This document shows, in pieces, positions 9,595-19,700 of a stretch of 64,000 nucleotides of DNA (its first letter is position 1; each line of letters starts with the position of its first letter). The position numbers were made by a program, and so were the translations under genes. The notes under the pieces were generated by a model, which was not told the origin of the DNA, searched no databases, and worked only from the letters and a program-made list of their open reading frames with translations. Source of the DNA: a virus (taxonomy: Duplodnaviria > Caudoviricetes). The stretch spans positions 1-64,000 of the IMG/VR virus record IMGVR_UViG_3300006115_000008; one strand, given 5' to 3'.

Positions 9595-11541
9595 TGCGTT
9601 TGCAATGATAGTAATAGGAACGATTTGTTGTACAACAATAGTCCAAGAGTAATTTCCTTCGTCGGGAGTAGAGTCATTTTGACTCATTTCAACTACATAT
9701 CCATCTCCCTCTGTAAATGGGGTTCCCAATGTATACTCAGAATACAAAGGGAGGGGTCCTTTATTAGATCCTGTCCAAGCAGTAGTTGCTACTTGCCAAG
9801 TATTAACTAATGTGCTTAATAACGCAGGACTTAATGTAACTGTTGCTCCCAAATCCCCATGGAAACCTTGGGCTGCAGTATAAAGAATATCATATGCTCC
9901 GGCAGCAGCAGTAATAACTCCGTTATTTGCCCCGCTGAAACTGTAAGATCCGCCTACTGGGTTGGCCACTGTAACATATAACTGCAAATAACTATCTACG
10001 TTTCCTGAGAACCTTATCACTTGATAGCTATACGCCGGCGAATTATAAAGAATGTTGTTGGAACCATCTTTTATATACGATGCTTGCCCAAATCCGCCAA
10101 TACTTACAAATAGTGTTTGCCCTGGACTTACCGTCAGTGTGGCAGTAGTAGGTCCTGTTGGGGAGATGGAATTAATTACTAGATTTGTAACTTGGTTTGG
10201 TACAGTGTAAGTATAAAATGACCCAGAACTAGTAGTATTAAATACGGTGGTAATTGAATTACGCTTTCCATAAAAATCACTGTAAGAAATAGGCCCACTA
10301 GATTTGCCTACTAATATTCTTCCTGCAGAATCGTTCAAACTAAATGTTGATGTTGGGGTTTGATAAAACAATAATTTATCTATTTGTCGTGTATTAATTG
10401 TATTTCCGCTAGTAACAACTACAGTAGGAGTAATTAGGGCTGTATATAATTGTAGTCCGTTTGGCGCCCCAAGTCCAGTTACTGCGTCCCATCCGCTTGT
10501 TGCGGCATATCCCTGAGATAAAACACTATCATTATTACCAGTGGTTATATCAAAAAATGCATTTGTATTTGAGTAAAAGATTTGATTGTATGTTGGCGAG
10601 GATATTGCTTTTTTAGTAAGTGCTTTAAAACGAGCAATCATCCCTGCAACAATAGGAGTAGCAGCACTGGTTCCGCCAGTGTATGCTACGGTATTAGCAA
10701 ACCAAAGTCCGTAACCATTCATTGGCGCAGAAATATCCGGAATTCCTCTGCCAGTCAACGTCGATACATGACTGTATCCGTTGGATCTAAAAAATAAATT
10801 TGCAATAAGTCCTGTTTGCCAACTAGGGACTGAAAATAAACTGCTTACTCCGCCTCCGCTACCAACGTTTCCATAAAATATTGGATCATCATACTCAACT
10901 GTTTCTGTTAGTCTTAGATTGTCAGAAGTTAAAGTTAAATGTGTACCCCCAACTGCAATTACATTATTACTGGTTGCTGGATAATTAACACCAAACGCAT
11001 TATTACCATTTTCTGAGCCGTAATCGCCTGTTGCAACGCAAACTGTAATACCTTTTGCAGCAGCACTAGCCAATGGTGCATTTAAGTAATCTGAATACTC
11101 TGGTCCTGCCCAACTGATGCTAATAACATCACAATTTTCATTTACAGCACGATTAATTACATTAGCAAAACTAGTAGCTGAATTTTGTCCAATATAAATT
11201 GCAATGTTTGCCCTTGGGACCATCCCTGCCACACAATACAAATCTAAAGTATTTTCCATGTCTGGAGATTGTATATCTGCTGTCCAATTATTAGTAGCAC
11301 CATCTACTAACACTGTAGTAATAGAAGGCGTCGGTAAACCCAAATTTGACATTGAATTTGCTAAATCTCCCGAATACCATCCTCCACCTAAACTAATAAT
11401 ACCGACCTTGACACCCAACCCATCTGAAGCTGGTATATTATATGCGGTTGCAATTTGAGTAGGTGTTAAGTATCCTTCCTGATTAATATTTGTATATTCA
11501 GGAAATGATATAGCATAACTTATACAAGAACTAATGGTCAT
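9592..11541 (-). CDS. Sedolisin/kumamolisin-family (S53) serine peptidase fused to a virion-type C-terminal region
   Basis: ENTLD (Glu/Asp), SISW, ATGDYG (oxyanion Asp), YPATS, RGIPDISA, GGTSAATP (Ser), DIT.GNN, GWDAVTGLGAPNG. C-terminal ISYSDFYGK motif. Confidence 0.9.
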   Translation of the reverse strand: MTISSCISYAISFPEYTNINQEGYLTPTQIATAYNIPASDGLGVKVGIISLGGGWYSGDLANSMSNLGLPTPSITTVLVDGATNNWTADIQSPDMENTLDLYCVAGMVPRANIAIYIGQNSATSFANVINRAVNENCDVISISWAGPEYSDYLNAPLASAAAKGITVCVATGDYGSENGNNAFGVNYPATSNNVIAVGGTHLTLTSDNLRLTETVEYDDPIFYGNVGSGGGVSSLFSVPSWQTGLIANLFFRSNGYSHVSTLTGRGIPDISAPMNGYGLWFANTVAYTGGTSAATPIVAGMIARFKALTKKAISSPTYNQIFYSNTNAFFDITTGNNDSVLSQGYAATSGWDAVTGLGAPNGLQLYTALITPTVVVTSGNTINTRQIDKLLFYQTPTSTFSLNDSAGRILVGKSSGPISYSDFYGKRNSITTVFNTTSSGSFYTYTVPNQVTNLVINSISPTGPTTATLTVSPGQTLFVSIGGFGQASYIKDGSNNILYNSPAYSYQVIRFSGNVDSYLQLYVTVANPVGGSYSFSGANNGVITAAAGAYDILYTAAQGFHGDLGATVTLSPALLSTLVNTWQVATTAWTGSNKGPLPLYSEYTLGTPFTEGDGYVVEMSQNDSTPDEGNYSWTIVVQQIVPITIIANA

Positions 11542-11543
11542 TA

Positions 11544-13304
11544 TTATAACGATCCCGAAGATTGGTAAGCAGTGATATTATTTACGGTTGCAAAATTACC
11601 GTTTGAGTCAATTGATGCAATTGGCGTTCCGTTGTAGGCAAAATATAATTTAGTTCCAGACTGATACATTGTAAAGTTACTAGTTGATACAGATGATGCA
11701 TTGGTTGCTATTACGGCATTATTTGCATTTGCTATTGGAGTATTACCTAAGGCAACTGATATTTGTGTGCCAGTTGCAGCAGTAAATGCGTTAGTACCAT
11801 TACCATACGCTAAACCAGTTAGTGTTGCAACTCCTAATCCGCCAGCAGTTACTGGTAATGTACCAGTTGTTAATGTAGTTGAGTTTGTAGCATAAACTGC
11901 ACCACCTGATGTAAAGCTAGTTAATCCTGTTCCACCATGACTTGTTGCAACTGTGTTTGCGCTCCAAGTACCAATTGTAAGATTACCAACTCCAACAATT
12001 GAGGTCTGTGAACCTGAGCTTAGTGTTCCTACTAATACTGCTCCACTATTACCAATTGTGGCTGCTTGAATAGTTGTAGCACCTAGTAGCGCAATATTAG
12101 CAATAGTAAATGTACCAGTACTTCCTGAGATAGGAGTAGATAGTATACTTCCGCCGGTAATTTGTGCATTGCCTGTAGTTAAATTTGTTACTGTACTGTT
12201 AGTTGCAGAAACTGAGGTTAATCCAGTAGCGTTACCTCCAGCTATTTGTGCATTAGCGGTGCTGAAATTTGTAGCAACTTGTGTTGTAGATGTGCTTGAA
12301 CTAGCAGTTACAGTTGTTGCTGATAAATTGCCACCTGTAATTTGTGCGTTGCCCGAACTAAAATTATTAGTTGCAACTGTAGTAGCATTAATATTGGTTG
12401 CAGAACTAATTCTACCGCCAGTGATTAATACGTTACCGCTACTAAAGTTAGTTGTCACCCCAGTAGTTATTACTGAATTGGTAGCTGAGAAATTAGTAGT
12501 AGACAAGTTAGTTAAACTTGTAGCATTTCCGCCAGTAGCAGTCAAGTTAGAAGTTATTAAATTAACAACAGTTCCAAAATTTGATTGTACGTTACCAGTT
12601 AAACTACCTACTAAGGTAGTTGCAGTTACGTTACCTACCACGTTACCAGTTAATATACCAGTTACGTTACCTACTAGGTTTGAATTCAATGAAGTATTAG
12701 CCAAAGTATTATTAATTGTAATACCTGGATTGATATAAGGAAATCCAGTAATAGCAGGACTTGGCTGAAATTGTGGATCGCCGCTGATTATTGCAATTAC
12801 AGTTCCGCCAAATTCTAACTTAATTACATTGTGCGTTGCGCTATAAACACTTAAATCGCCAACAACTACAGGAATGGCCCCGCTTGGACCTTGTTGTGCA
12901 GTATACAATGGCGCAATTAAATTATAAGTGCCATTGGCATACATAAAGATTTGATTGGTAGTTGGGTTGTACCACATATTACCAGGTTGACCAATAACTG
13001 GTCTACTAGAATCAACAATAATTCCTGACACTGTTGTAAATTGTGATTGTGCACCAACGTTTGCAAACACATTTAATGTTTGATTAGTTTTATTAAACCA
13101 CAGTTGTCCTTCAACGTTATTGCCAATTGGTGCTGAATTTGAAGCAAAATTGGTTAGTAAATCTAGTAGATTTTCGTTGAGTTGCTGGCCGTAACCAACA
13201 TAGTTGGGTCCAGGTAGTGTTAAATTTGTGCTAGACGTATCAGCAGTACCGTCAGGTATTGTAATACTAATTGCACCATCGCTTGCTGTTAGTGAGTATG
13301 GCAT
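11544..13304 (-). CDS. Tail fibre protein
   Basis: Shared fibre N-terminal domain, repeated TNFSSGN.QITGG units and GGTG repeats. Confidence 0.75.
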   Translation of the reverse strand: MPYSLTASDGAISITIPDGTADTSSTNLTLPGPNYVGYGQQLNENLLDLLTNFASNSAPIGNNVEGQLWFNKTNQTLNVFANVGAQSQFTTVSGIIVDSSRPVIGQPGNMWYNPTTNQIFMYANGTYNLIAPLYTAQQGPSGAIPVVVGDLSVYSATHNVIKLEFGGTVIAIISGDPQFQPSPAITGFPYINPGITINNTLANTSLNSNLVGNVTGILTGNVVGNVTATTLVGSLTGNVQSNFGTVVNLITSNLTATGGNATSLTNLSTTNFSATNSVITTGVTTNFSSGNVLITGGRISSATNINATTVATNNFSSGNAQITGGNLSATTVTASSSTSTTQVATNFSTANAQIAGGNATGLTSVSATNSTVTNLTTGNAQITGGSILSTPISGSTGTFTIANIALLGATTIQAATIGNSGAVLVGTLSSGSQTSIVGVGNLTIGTWSANTVATSHGGTGLTSFTSGGAVYATNSTTLTTGTLPVTAGGLGVATLTGLAYGNGTNAFTAATGTQISVALGNTPIANANNAVIATNASSVSTSNFTMYQSGTKLYFAYNGTPIASIDSNGNFATVNNITAYQSSGSL

Positions 13305-13328
13305 ATTTCGTTCTCTTTATTAGTATAC

Positions 13329-13571
13329 TTATCCAAATTGCTGGCTCAATGGACTCAGTGAGTAATTGCCGGCACCTTTAAATATGTGAGTTACAGTAGT
13401 ACCATCAGACGTTACTGCACCGCCGGTAAAATAAGGCTGAGGCGCTAGATATTGTATAACTACCACTCCATCGCCGCCTTTGCCACCATCACTGCTCCAA
13501 GATCCGGATCCGGCGCCGCCCCCACCTGTACCATCAGTGCCATTTACGTTTGCATAATAGGGATCTGCCAT
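13329..13571 (-). CDS. Glycine-rich adhesin-like protein, C-terminal portion
   Basis: 80 aa with its own AAGGA RBS. TGGGGAG...GGKGGDGVVVIQY...TGG.VT...THIF is the typical end of phage glycine-rich domains. Confidence 0.6.
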   Translation of the reverse strand: MADPYYANVNGTDGTGGGGAGSGSWSSDGGKGGDGVVVIQYLAPQPYFTGGAVTSDGTTVTHIFKGAGNYSLSPLSQQFG

Positions 13572-13596
13572 ATATTTTTCCTTGATAATCTACTAG

Positions 13597-14454
13597 TTAA
13601 TCTACACCACCACCGTCTCCGCCGCCACCCGATCCATCAGACGACCCACCCGATCCTGCAGGAGTAACATATCCGCCACCGCCACCTGCTCCGGCTGTTC
13701 CGCCGGCATAAACTCCACCTCTCCATGGATTTGGTCCGCCACCCCCGCCACCGCCAACAGAAAATCCTAGTAGAGTAACGCCTGGACCGCCCGAGGTGTA
13801 AACTCCATCAGACCCAGCTGGCCCTCCAGCTCCACCGCCACCGCCCCCAGGAGCCTCGTGTGGCCCTCCGGTGCCATCATGTCCTTGGCCAGGTATACCT
13901 GGGCCTCCTGGATAGTATTGTCCGGGGCCGCTACCACCACCACCAGATCCACCAGGAGCTCCAAAATTTCCGTTGCCATACACTTGTCCGCTAAGAGCGT
14001 TTGACCCGCCGGCGCCGCCGCCAACTGCGTTGATTAGTGTGCCAGGTGCAACAAGTTGTGAAATTGTAGTATTTGATAGTGTTGCTCCAAGACTTGTTCC
14101 CGAAGAAACTACCAATGGACCCGAGACCGAAGAATCAGTTCCGTTATGTGCTAATGCTCCGCCGGCGCCTACAGTTATGCTATACGTTTGATTAGCATCT
14201 AGGGTAACATTGTTTACTAATACAACTCCACCAGCTCCGCCTCCACCAGCTCCTTCATCTCCGCCGCCAACACCGCCACCTCCGCCGCCGGCAACAACTA
14301 AAATACTGGCTTGGACAGTGCCTGGATAAAATCTATGCCATTTTCCATTTTTATTCACCCAGCCGCCAATGACAGTTCTCCAAGTGCCATTTACATTCGT
14401 TGTGGGTTGGGTAACTGTTTTCCAAATTCCGCCTTTGTTAACATATATTGTCAT
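13597..14454 (-). CDS. Glycine-rich adhesin-like tail protein, N-terminal portion
   Basis: Trp-rich N-terminus (YVNKGGIWK...NGTWR...NGKWH), then LVVAGGGGGG...GGGGAGG...YSITVGAGG polyglycine motifs. Confidence 0.7.
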   Translation of the reverse strand: MTIYVNKGGIWKTVTQPTTNVNGTWRTVIGGWVNKNGKWHRFYPGTVQASILVVAGGGGGGVGGGDEGAGGGGAGGVVLVNNVTLDANQTYSITVGAGGALAHNGTDSSVSGPLVVSSGTSLGATLSNTTISQLVAPGTLINAVGGGAGGSNALSGQVYGNGNFGAPGGSGGGGSGPGQYYPGGPGIPGQGHDGTGGPHEAPGGGGGGAGGPAGSDGVYTSGGPGVTLLGFSVGGGGGGGPNPWRGGVYAGGTAGAGGGGGYVTPAGSGGSSDGSGGGGDGGGVD

Positions 14455-14457
14455 AAT

Positions 14458-16053
14458 TTATACGTATTGAAACCAATAATCTCCATTATTGCCTTGTCCA
14501 TTGACAGGAGCAGTATTTGCGGAAGTAATATGCGGGAACGTACTCACTGCCACTGTAATTGAATTATTAACAAAAGCAGTAGTTGCCACTTTTGTACTAG
14601 AATCACCAGTTGTTGGAGTTGGTGCAGTTACTGTCCCTGTAAACACTGGATTGTTATTTGGAGCCAATCCAGAAACTGCTGTACTTATAGCACTGGCTCT
14701 AGAGCTTGCTTCTTGACTAACTGCTGCCAAATATGCAGAAGACAATGTAGAATAAACGTTTGCTACAAACGCAGCGGTTGCTATATTGCCAGTGGTATCT
14801 CCCCCCAACGGGGTTGGTGCAGTTGGAGTCCCGGTAAGTGCTGGACTGTGTAAAGGTGCAAGTAATGGCAGACTGGTATAGATAACTGTCCCAAGATTTG
14901 CATTGATGCTGGCAATATTAGCAGAAAAGATACTTACATTTGATGCTAACTCTGATGCCAACAAATTAGTGTTCGCAATAGTTTGAGCTTGAAGCGTAGA
15001 AACATTAATGTTTAATGCAGATTCCACAACAGAAATATTTGCAAAGTAGTCACTTCTCAATTGAGCAATCGCTGCATTTTGTGTTGCAATATCTCCGGCT
15101 ATTGTTGAGTTAACTGTGCCAAGCGAATTATCAACATACTGCTTGGTAGCAACGCCTAAATTGTTTGTAGGATCGCCGGCTATTGTTATCAAACCATTTG
15201 CGCCGTTTACCGTTAATGCGTTTTGATTTGTTCCGGAATTAATGTTTAATGCAATGTTGCCGTTTAACGCTATATTTTGTAATGTTAGTGTTCCACTGCC
15301 ATATGCAATATTTGCATTAGTTAATACTAATGTTCCGTTTACCAAAACATCTGTTGTAAATGTTGGCTTTATATCAGTTCTTGCATAGTTAGCAGCTACT
15401 GTTCCGCCTAAGGACAAACTATTAGTAGCCGTTCCATTGACTACGTTTGTAGAAGGAAGATTAACGCCAGGGTTAATTGACGAAATGCCGGTATACAATG
15501 CGCCTGTTGGAGTAAATGTATTTGCGCTTGTAACACTTACTAAATTTCCATTTGTATATGTATTAACTACTGTGTATACGTAAGTATCTGTTCCTGTTAC
15601 GGATTCTACTAGGGCACCACTTTTACCTTGGCTTGTTATATAAGCTGGTCCAATTAATTGCCAGCTAGTGCCATTCCATGACTTTAATTGTTGGTTAGTA
15701 GTGTCCCACCATTGATCGCCTGTATGTACAGTTATATTTCCCAAACTTGTTAGGTCTACGCTGGATGCAAGGCGCCCGCTGACTGGATTCCAGTTTACGC
15801 TATCATATGATTTTATTGTTGCATTGCCAGAATCGTACCAAACAGTACCAGCCAATGGATTAGGTCCAACGCTCTGTCCCGGCGGTATATTATCGGCAAA
15901 ATTTTCCAACAATCGAATAAAATTATCATTTTGCAACAAACCATAATTGGTATAGTTGCGTCCAATCAAGGTCAATCCGGTGCTGGAATCAAGGGTGCCA
16001 TCCAGTAGAGTTAGTAAAATATTGCCACTTGTTGTGTTTATTGTATAACTCAT
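14458..16053 (-). CDS. Tail fibre protein
   Basis: Shared fibre N-terminal domain, ATKQYVD, two P..TGT.TAPTP..GD....ATTAFV repeats and C-terminal GDYWFQY. Confidence 0.75.
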   Translation of the reverse strand: MSYTINTTSGNILLTLLDGTLDSSTGLTLIGRNYTNYGLLQNDNFIRLLENFADNIPPGQSVGPNPLAGTVWYDSGNATIKSYDSVNWNPVSGRLASSVDLTSLGNITVHTGDQWWDTTNQQLKSWNGTSWQLIGPAYITSQGKSGALVESVTGTDTYVYTVVNTYTNGNLVSVTSANTFTPTGALYTGISSINPGVNLPSTNVVNGTATNSLSLGGTVAANYARTDIKPTFTTDVLVNGTLVLTNANIAYGSGTLTLQNIALNGNIALNINSGTNQNALTVNGANGLITIAGDPTNNLGVATKQYVDNSLGTVNSTIAGDIATQNAAIAQLRSDYFANISVVESALNINVSTLQAQTIANTNLLASELASNVSIFSANIASINANLGTVIYTSLPLLAPLHSPALTGTPTAPTPLGGDTTGNIATAAFVANVYSTLSSAYLAAVSQEASSRASAISTAVSGLAPNNNPVFTGTVTAPTPTTGDSSTKVATTAFVNNSITVAVSTFPHITSANTAPVNGQGNNGDYWFQYV

Positions 16054-16057
16054 GATA

Positions 16058-16705
16058 TTATCCTATGGTACTCAAATTGGTTAGCGTTTGAATTCTTACA
16101 GTATAATCAATTTGAATTAGTCGATTTAGTGATTTTTGTACTGGATGGAATACTACGTGCGTCAGCAACAACCCAGTTGATAGTAAGCCAACTGTGCCAT
16201 CACTGCTACGTCCTCTAAGTCCTAGTTCATCAAATACGTATTCCCCATTTAGATTTGTACTATTGTCAAAGAATTGTTGTGCTGATGGCTCGCCGTAATC
16301 TAGCAAACAACTTACCAAAATGTCAGTATAAACTGTTCCCGGAATATGCGTTGCAGTCATGTAATTGTTAACTGGATCAGGGTTGGCAATACTGGTATTA
16401 TCTATAATTTTGCTGTATGTTGGGTTGTACAAATTGGCGTTTTGTCCAGTTGTATTAGTTGGCAAATAGGTAATAATTCCCGTAGGATCCACGCTGGTTC
16501 CGCCGTTGCCAAAATTCATTTCATATATGAAATTCTGACTTTTGTTAGCAATACTGTTTGCCAATGCAACACTCATATTCTCATAGTGAATAGCATTACT
16601 TTTGTTTACTAGCACAACTGGTTTTTCTTTTTCTGTAACATCGGATATTTTGATATGTCCACGTACATAGATTCCAGTTGATTCGTTTGGTTGTTTGTTT
16701 TCCAC
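16058..16705 (-). CDS. Baseplate/tail structural protein (ORF track start 16744; GTG at 16705 has a GAGG RBS)
   Basis: NAIH...FGNGG...LDYGEP...FDELGL...LLTHVVFHPVQKSLNRLIQIDYTVRIQ; lies directly after the giant wedge protein. Confidence 0.7.
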   Translation of the reverse strand: MENKQPNESTGIYVRGHIKISDVTEKEKPVVLVNKSNAIHYENMSVALANSIANKSQNFIYEMNFGNGGTSVDPTGIITYLPTNTTGQNANLYNPTYSKIIDNTSIANPDPVNNYMTATHIPGTVYTDILVSCLLDYGEPSAQQFFDNSTNLNGEYVFDELGLRGRSSDGTVGLLSTGLLLTHVVFHPVQKSLNRLIQIDYTVRIQTLTNLSTIG

Positions 16706-16740
16706 GGTTTTTTCCTCGTTTTCCGACTTTGTGTTATTTA

Positions 16741-19700
16741 TCACGGTTGATAGGCTCCCTCAGATGCTTTTAAGAATAAGGCTTGTTGTGTACTTTGTTG
16801 CGATAATGCTATACCATTTGACGCAGTTGTGCTACCTGATGAGTACCAAATGTTTCCATTTGTTACATAAGTTCCAGCCGGAACTGTAACTTGTCCATTA
16901 TTATCAACAGAACCAATTATATAAGTATCAACAATGTAATTTTGTGTAACATTACCATTTATATACAATGGGCTTGAGGTGCTGTCAAATCCTACACCCA
17001 GCGTTACAGGAACTAGCAATGCCCAAGAACTTCCAGTCCAATAATACAATGTATTTGTTGTGGTATTCAACCACTGATCATTGACTTGCAGACTGGTTGC
17101 TGCACTTGTGTAATTTGCTAGCGGACCGTTAAATGCTACATTGGCATTTGCAGATATTGTTAGATTTGCAGAGTTATTGCTTTGTGAGGTAACATTAGCA
17201 AAATATGGAGCATACACATTAGATAATACTGTGTACACATTACTGTTGTACTGTATAATGCTTTCAACTGTAAATGTTGTGTTTGCAGTCCAAGTTGGGA
17301 TCACAACATTGGGTCTTATTGTTGGGGTAGTTGATGATACTATACATAAGTTACCATCGTCGCCATTGGCGTCAAATCCAAGACTACTGTCAAATACTTC
17401 TGGTAAATTTGCCACAGTTCCTGCTGTAATAATAACTGGAATTACATTTGAATTTGTTACTGATTGCAATGCTCTTACCGTAACTGTATTATTAGTATTG
17501 CCGGCAAATTGATAAACTACGTTAGAAGTAATATTTGCAAAATAACTACCATAAACATTACCAATGGTTAACCAAGTATAAGTTGGTCCTGTTGAATTGT
17601 CGGTTAACAATGTTCCAACAGAATAAGCTGTATTTGGTTGCCAAGATGTTTTAATTGTTTGAACTTGTGTTAGTACGTCTCCGATATTTGCAGTAATAGG
17701 TTGTACTAACTTTAATCCATAAGTTACATATTGAGTGGATGTAAAAGTTTGACTGTATCTTAATTGATTGTTGCTAGTGCTTGTTCCTGGTATAATTTGA
17801 GTTCTACTAGCGTCAACAACTTCTGTTCCGGCAACGTGTCTAACTGCATTATTTCCAGTGAATGCAAAAATTAAATTGCCTGTAATACTTGCAAATCCCG
17901 AATCTGTTCCTGAACGAACCAGACTTAGATTTGATTGTATTCCTGCAAATGTGTTACCGTAAACATTTCCAGTTACTGTGTATATGTTACCTGCGTAGGT
18001 CAAATAAGAACTTATTGCAATATTGGCGTTATTTGGACTCCAAGACTGATTAAATCCATAGGTATTTCCTCGAGTAGCATACGTTGTTCCATTGTAATAT
18101 ACATAAGAATCTGTTGGATAGTTTGTGTACTGTTGCCAATTTGTAATATTAGTGCTGCTTGGCGCAGTTCCATCAACTGCTCTACGTATTTGTCCCAAAG
18201 TATTTGCAGTAATTGATGCTACATTTGATGCAATATTTGCAAAGCTATTAGCAAAAACATTTCCGTTAGTCAAGTACAATAAGTTAGCATAGGATATAAC
18301 GCTAGATGAAGTTATTATAGTATTTGGAGTCCAAGGAATAGGAGTTTCATACGCAAAATTTCTATAGTAAGTTATTTTCTCGCCATTGATAAAAATCACA
18401 CCCGGAATTGCCAATGTAATATCTGGTTGTGGTAATTTTGAAGCATCAGTGACTTGTATAAACTGATCGGTTAATAATAAATCATTGCTCAAAGTTGTTT
18501 GATTTTGGCCTATTCTATAGAAGTTATGATTTTGATTCATATCATCAAACAGTCTAAAAGCAATACCAGCACTGTCGTAAACTTCGATATCTATACTGTC
18601 AAATACTCGTCCAGGTATCATTTCTTCTGGAGCGTGACTGTTAAATGTATCATAATATCTACCACCATCAATTGTAATATCTCCGGGTGCGACGCCCAGT
18701 GCATCTGTGTAGGCGCTACTGATAATAGTATCGTAATTAGAGCTAGTATAAGTATTACCGTCAACTATTACTCCAGAATATACCAAATTTGGTTGTGAAA
18801 TTGAAAGATCTATGTTTCCATTGTAAGCAACAATTCTATCATTGGCAGTATTAAAACTGCTAGAAGAAATAACATTAGCGCTTGTTGGGAAAGCCAAATT
18901 GCTTGTAATAGTAAAATTGTTAGTCAATTGATAGAAAATATTGTTGTTAACAACTATAGTATTGGCTGTAAGTACGTTGCCAACGTTGGCGCTGGTAATT
19001 GTATTCCAAAATACAAATGTATTTGAATTGGTGTAGTCAATTCTATCAAACTTCATTGTAGTCGAAAGACTTCTAACTACATTATGTCCTGTATTGTTGT
19101 CGGTAAACACATTTCGTAGCACTGGATAGGCAATAACACCACTACCAGTACCATTTAAAATAATTGTTGGCGTTGAAGTGTATCCTTGTCCCGGCGTTAG
19201 CATTGTGATACTTTTTATACCACCTGTGCTATTCAAGTTTGCTATCCCAGTAGCGCCGATTCCGCCACCACCTGTTATTATCACTAGTGGAGCAAATACA
19301 AATCCACTACCCGGATTGCCAATTACAACATCGACAACTCCATATCCATAATTATCTTTCCATTGTGCATAAACTCCTGATTGCAATATAGTAGCATCAT
19401 ATGGTTGTGTACCTGTTGGGCTACGATAAACGCCTAGAGTAGCGTCCCAATATGGTGGTAAGTCAAAATCGGTTATGTCGCCACTGTAACTATCGTTTCC
19501 AACATAATCAACAACAAACTCTCTAACTATGGTTCTATAAGGCTTAACTTCGTTGATATAATCTAAATAGAAGTTTTGGTTGTCTGGCACATAACTTGGA
19601 AATTCTTCAAGTTTACGAATTGCCTGCGTTGCGCTAATGAAACTGGTTTTAAATACCCAATCAAGATTTTTTTGCTCGGTCAGGATATATTTCACCATTG

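Noticed and set aside
12169-12738. 189-aa plus-strand ORF (also 33089-33796, 17141-17512 and other antisense ORFs in the track)
   Set aside because: These are shadows of real genes on the opposite strand, caused by their codon bias. They have no RBS and no motifs.
6504-16053. Diversity-generating retroelement or invertase shufflon acting on fibre genes
   Set aside because: No reverse transcriptase, recombinase, adenine-specific TR/VR pair or inverted crossover repeats are seen in this window.
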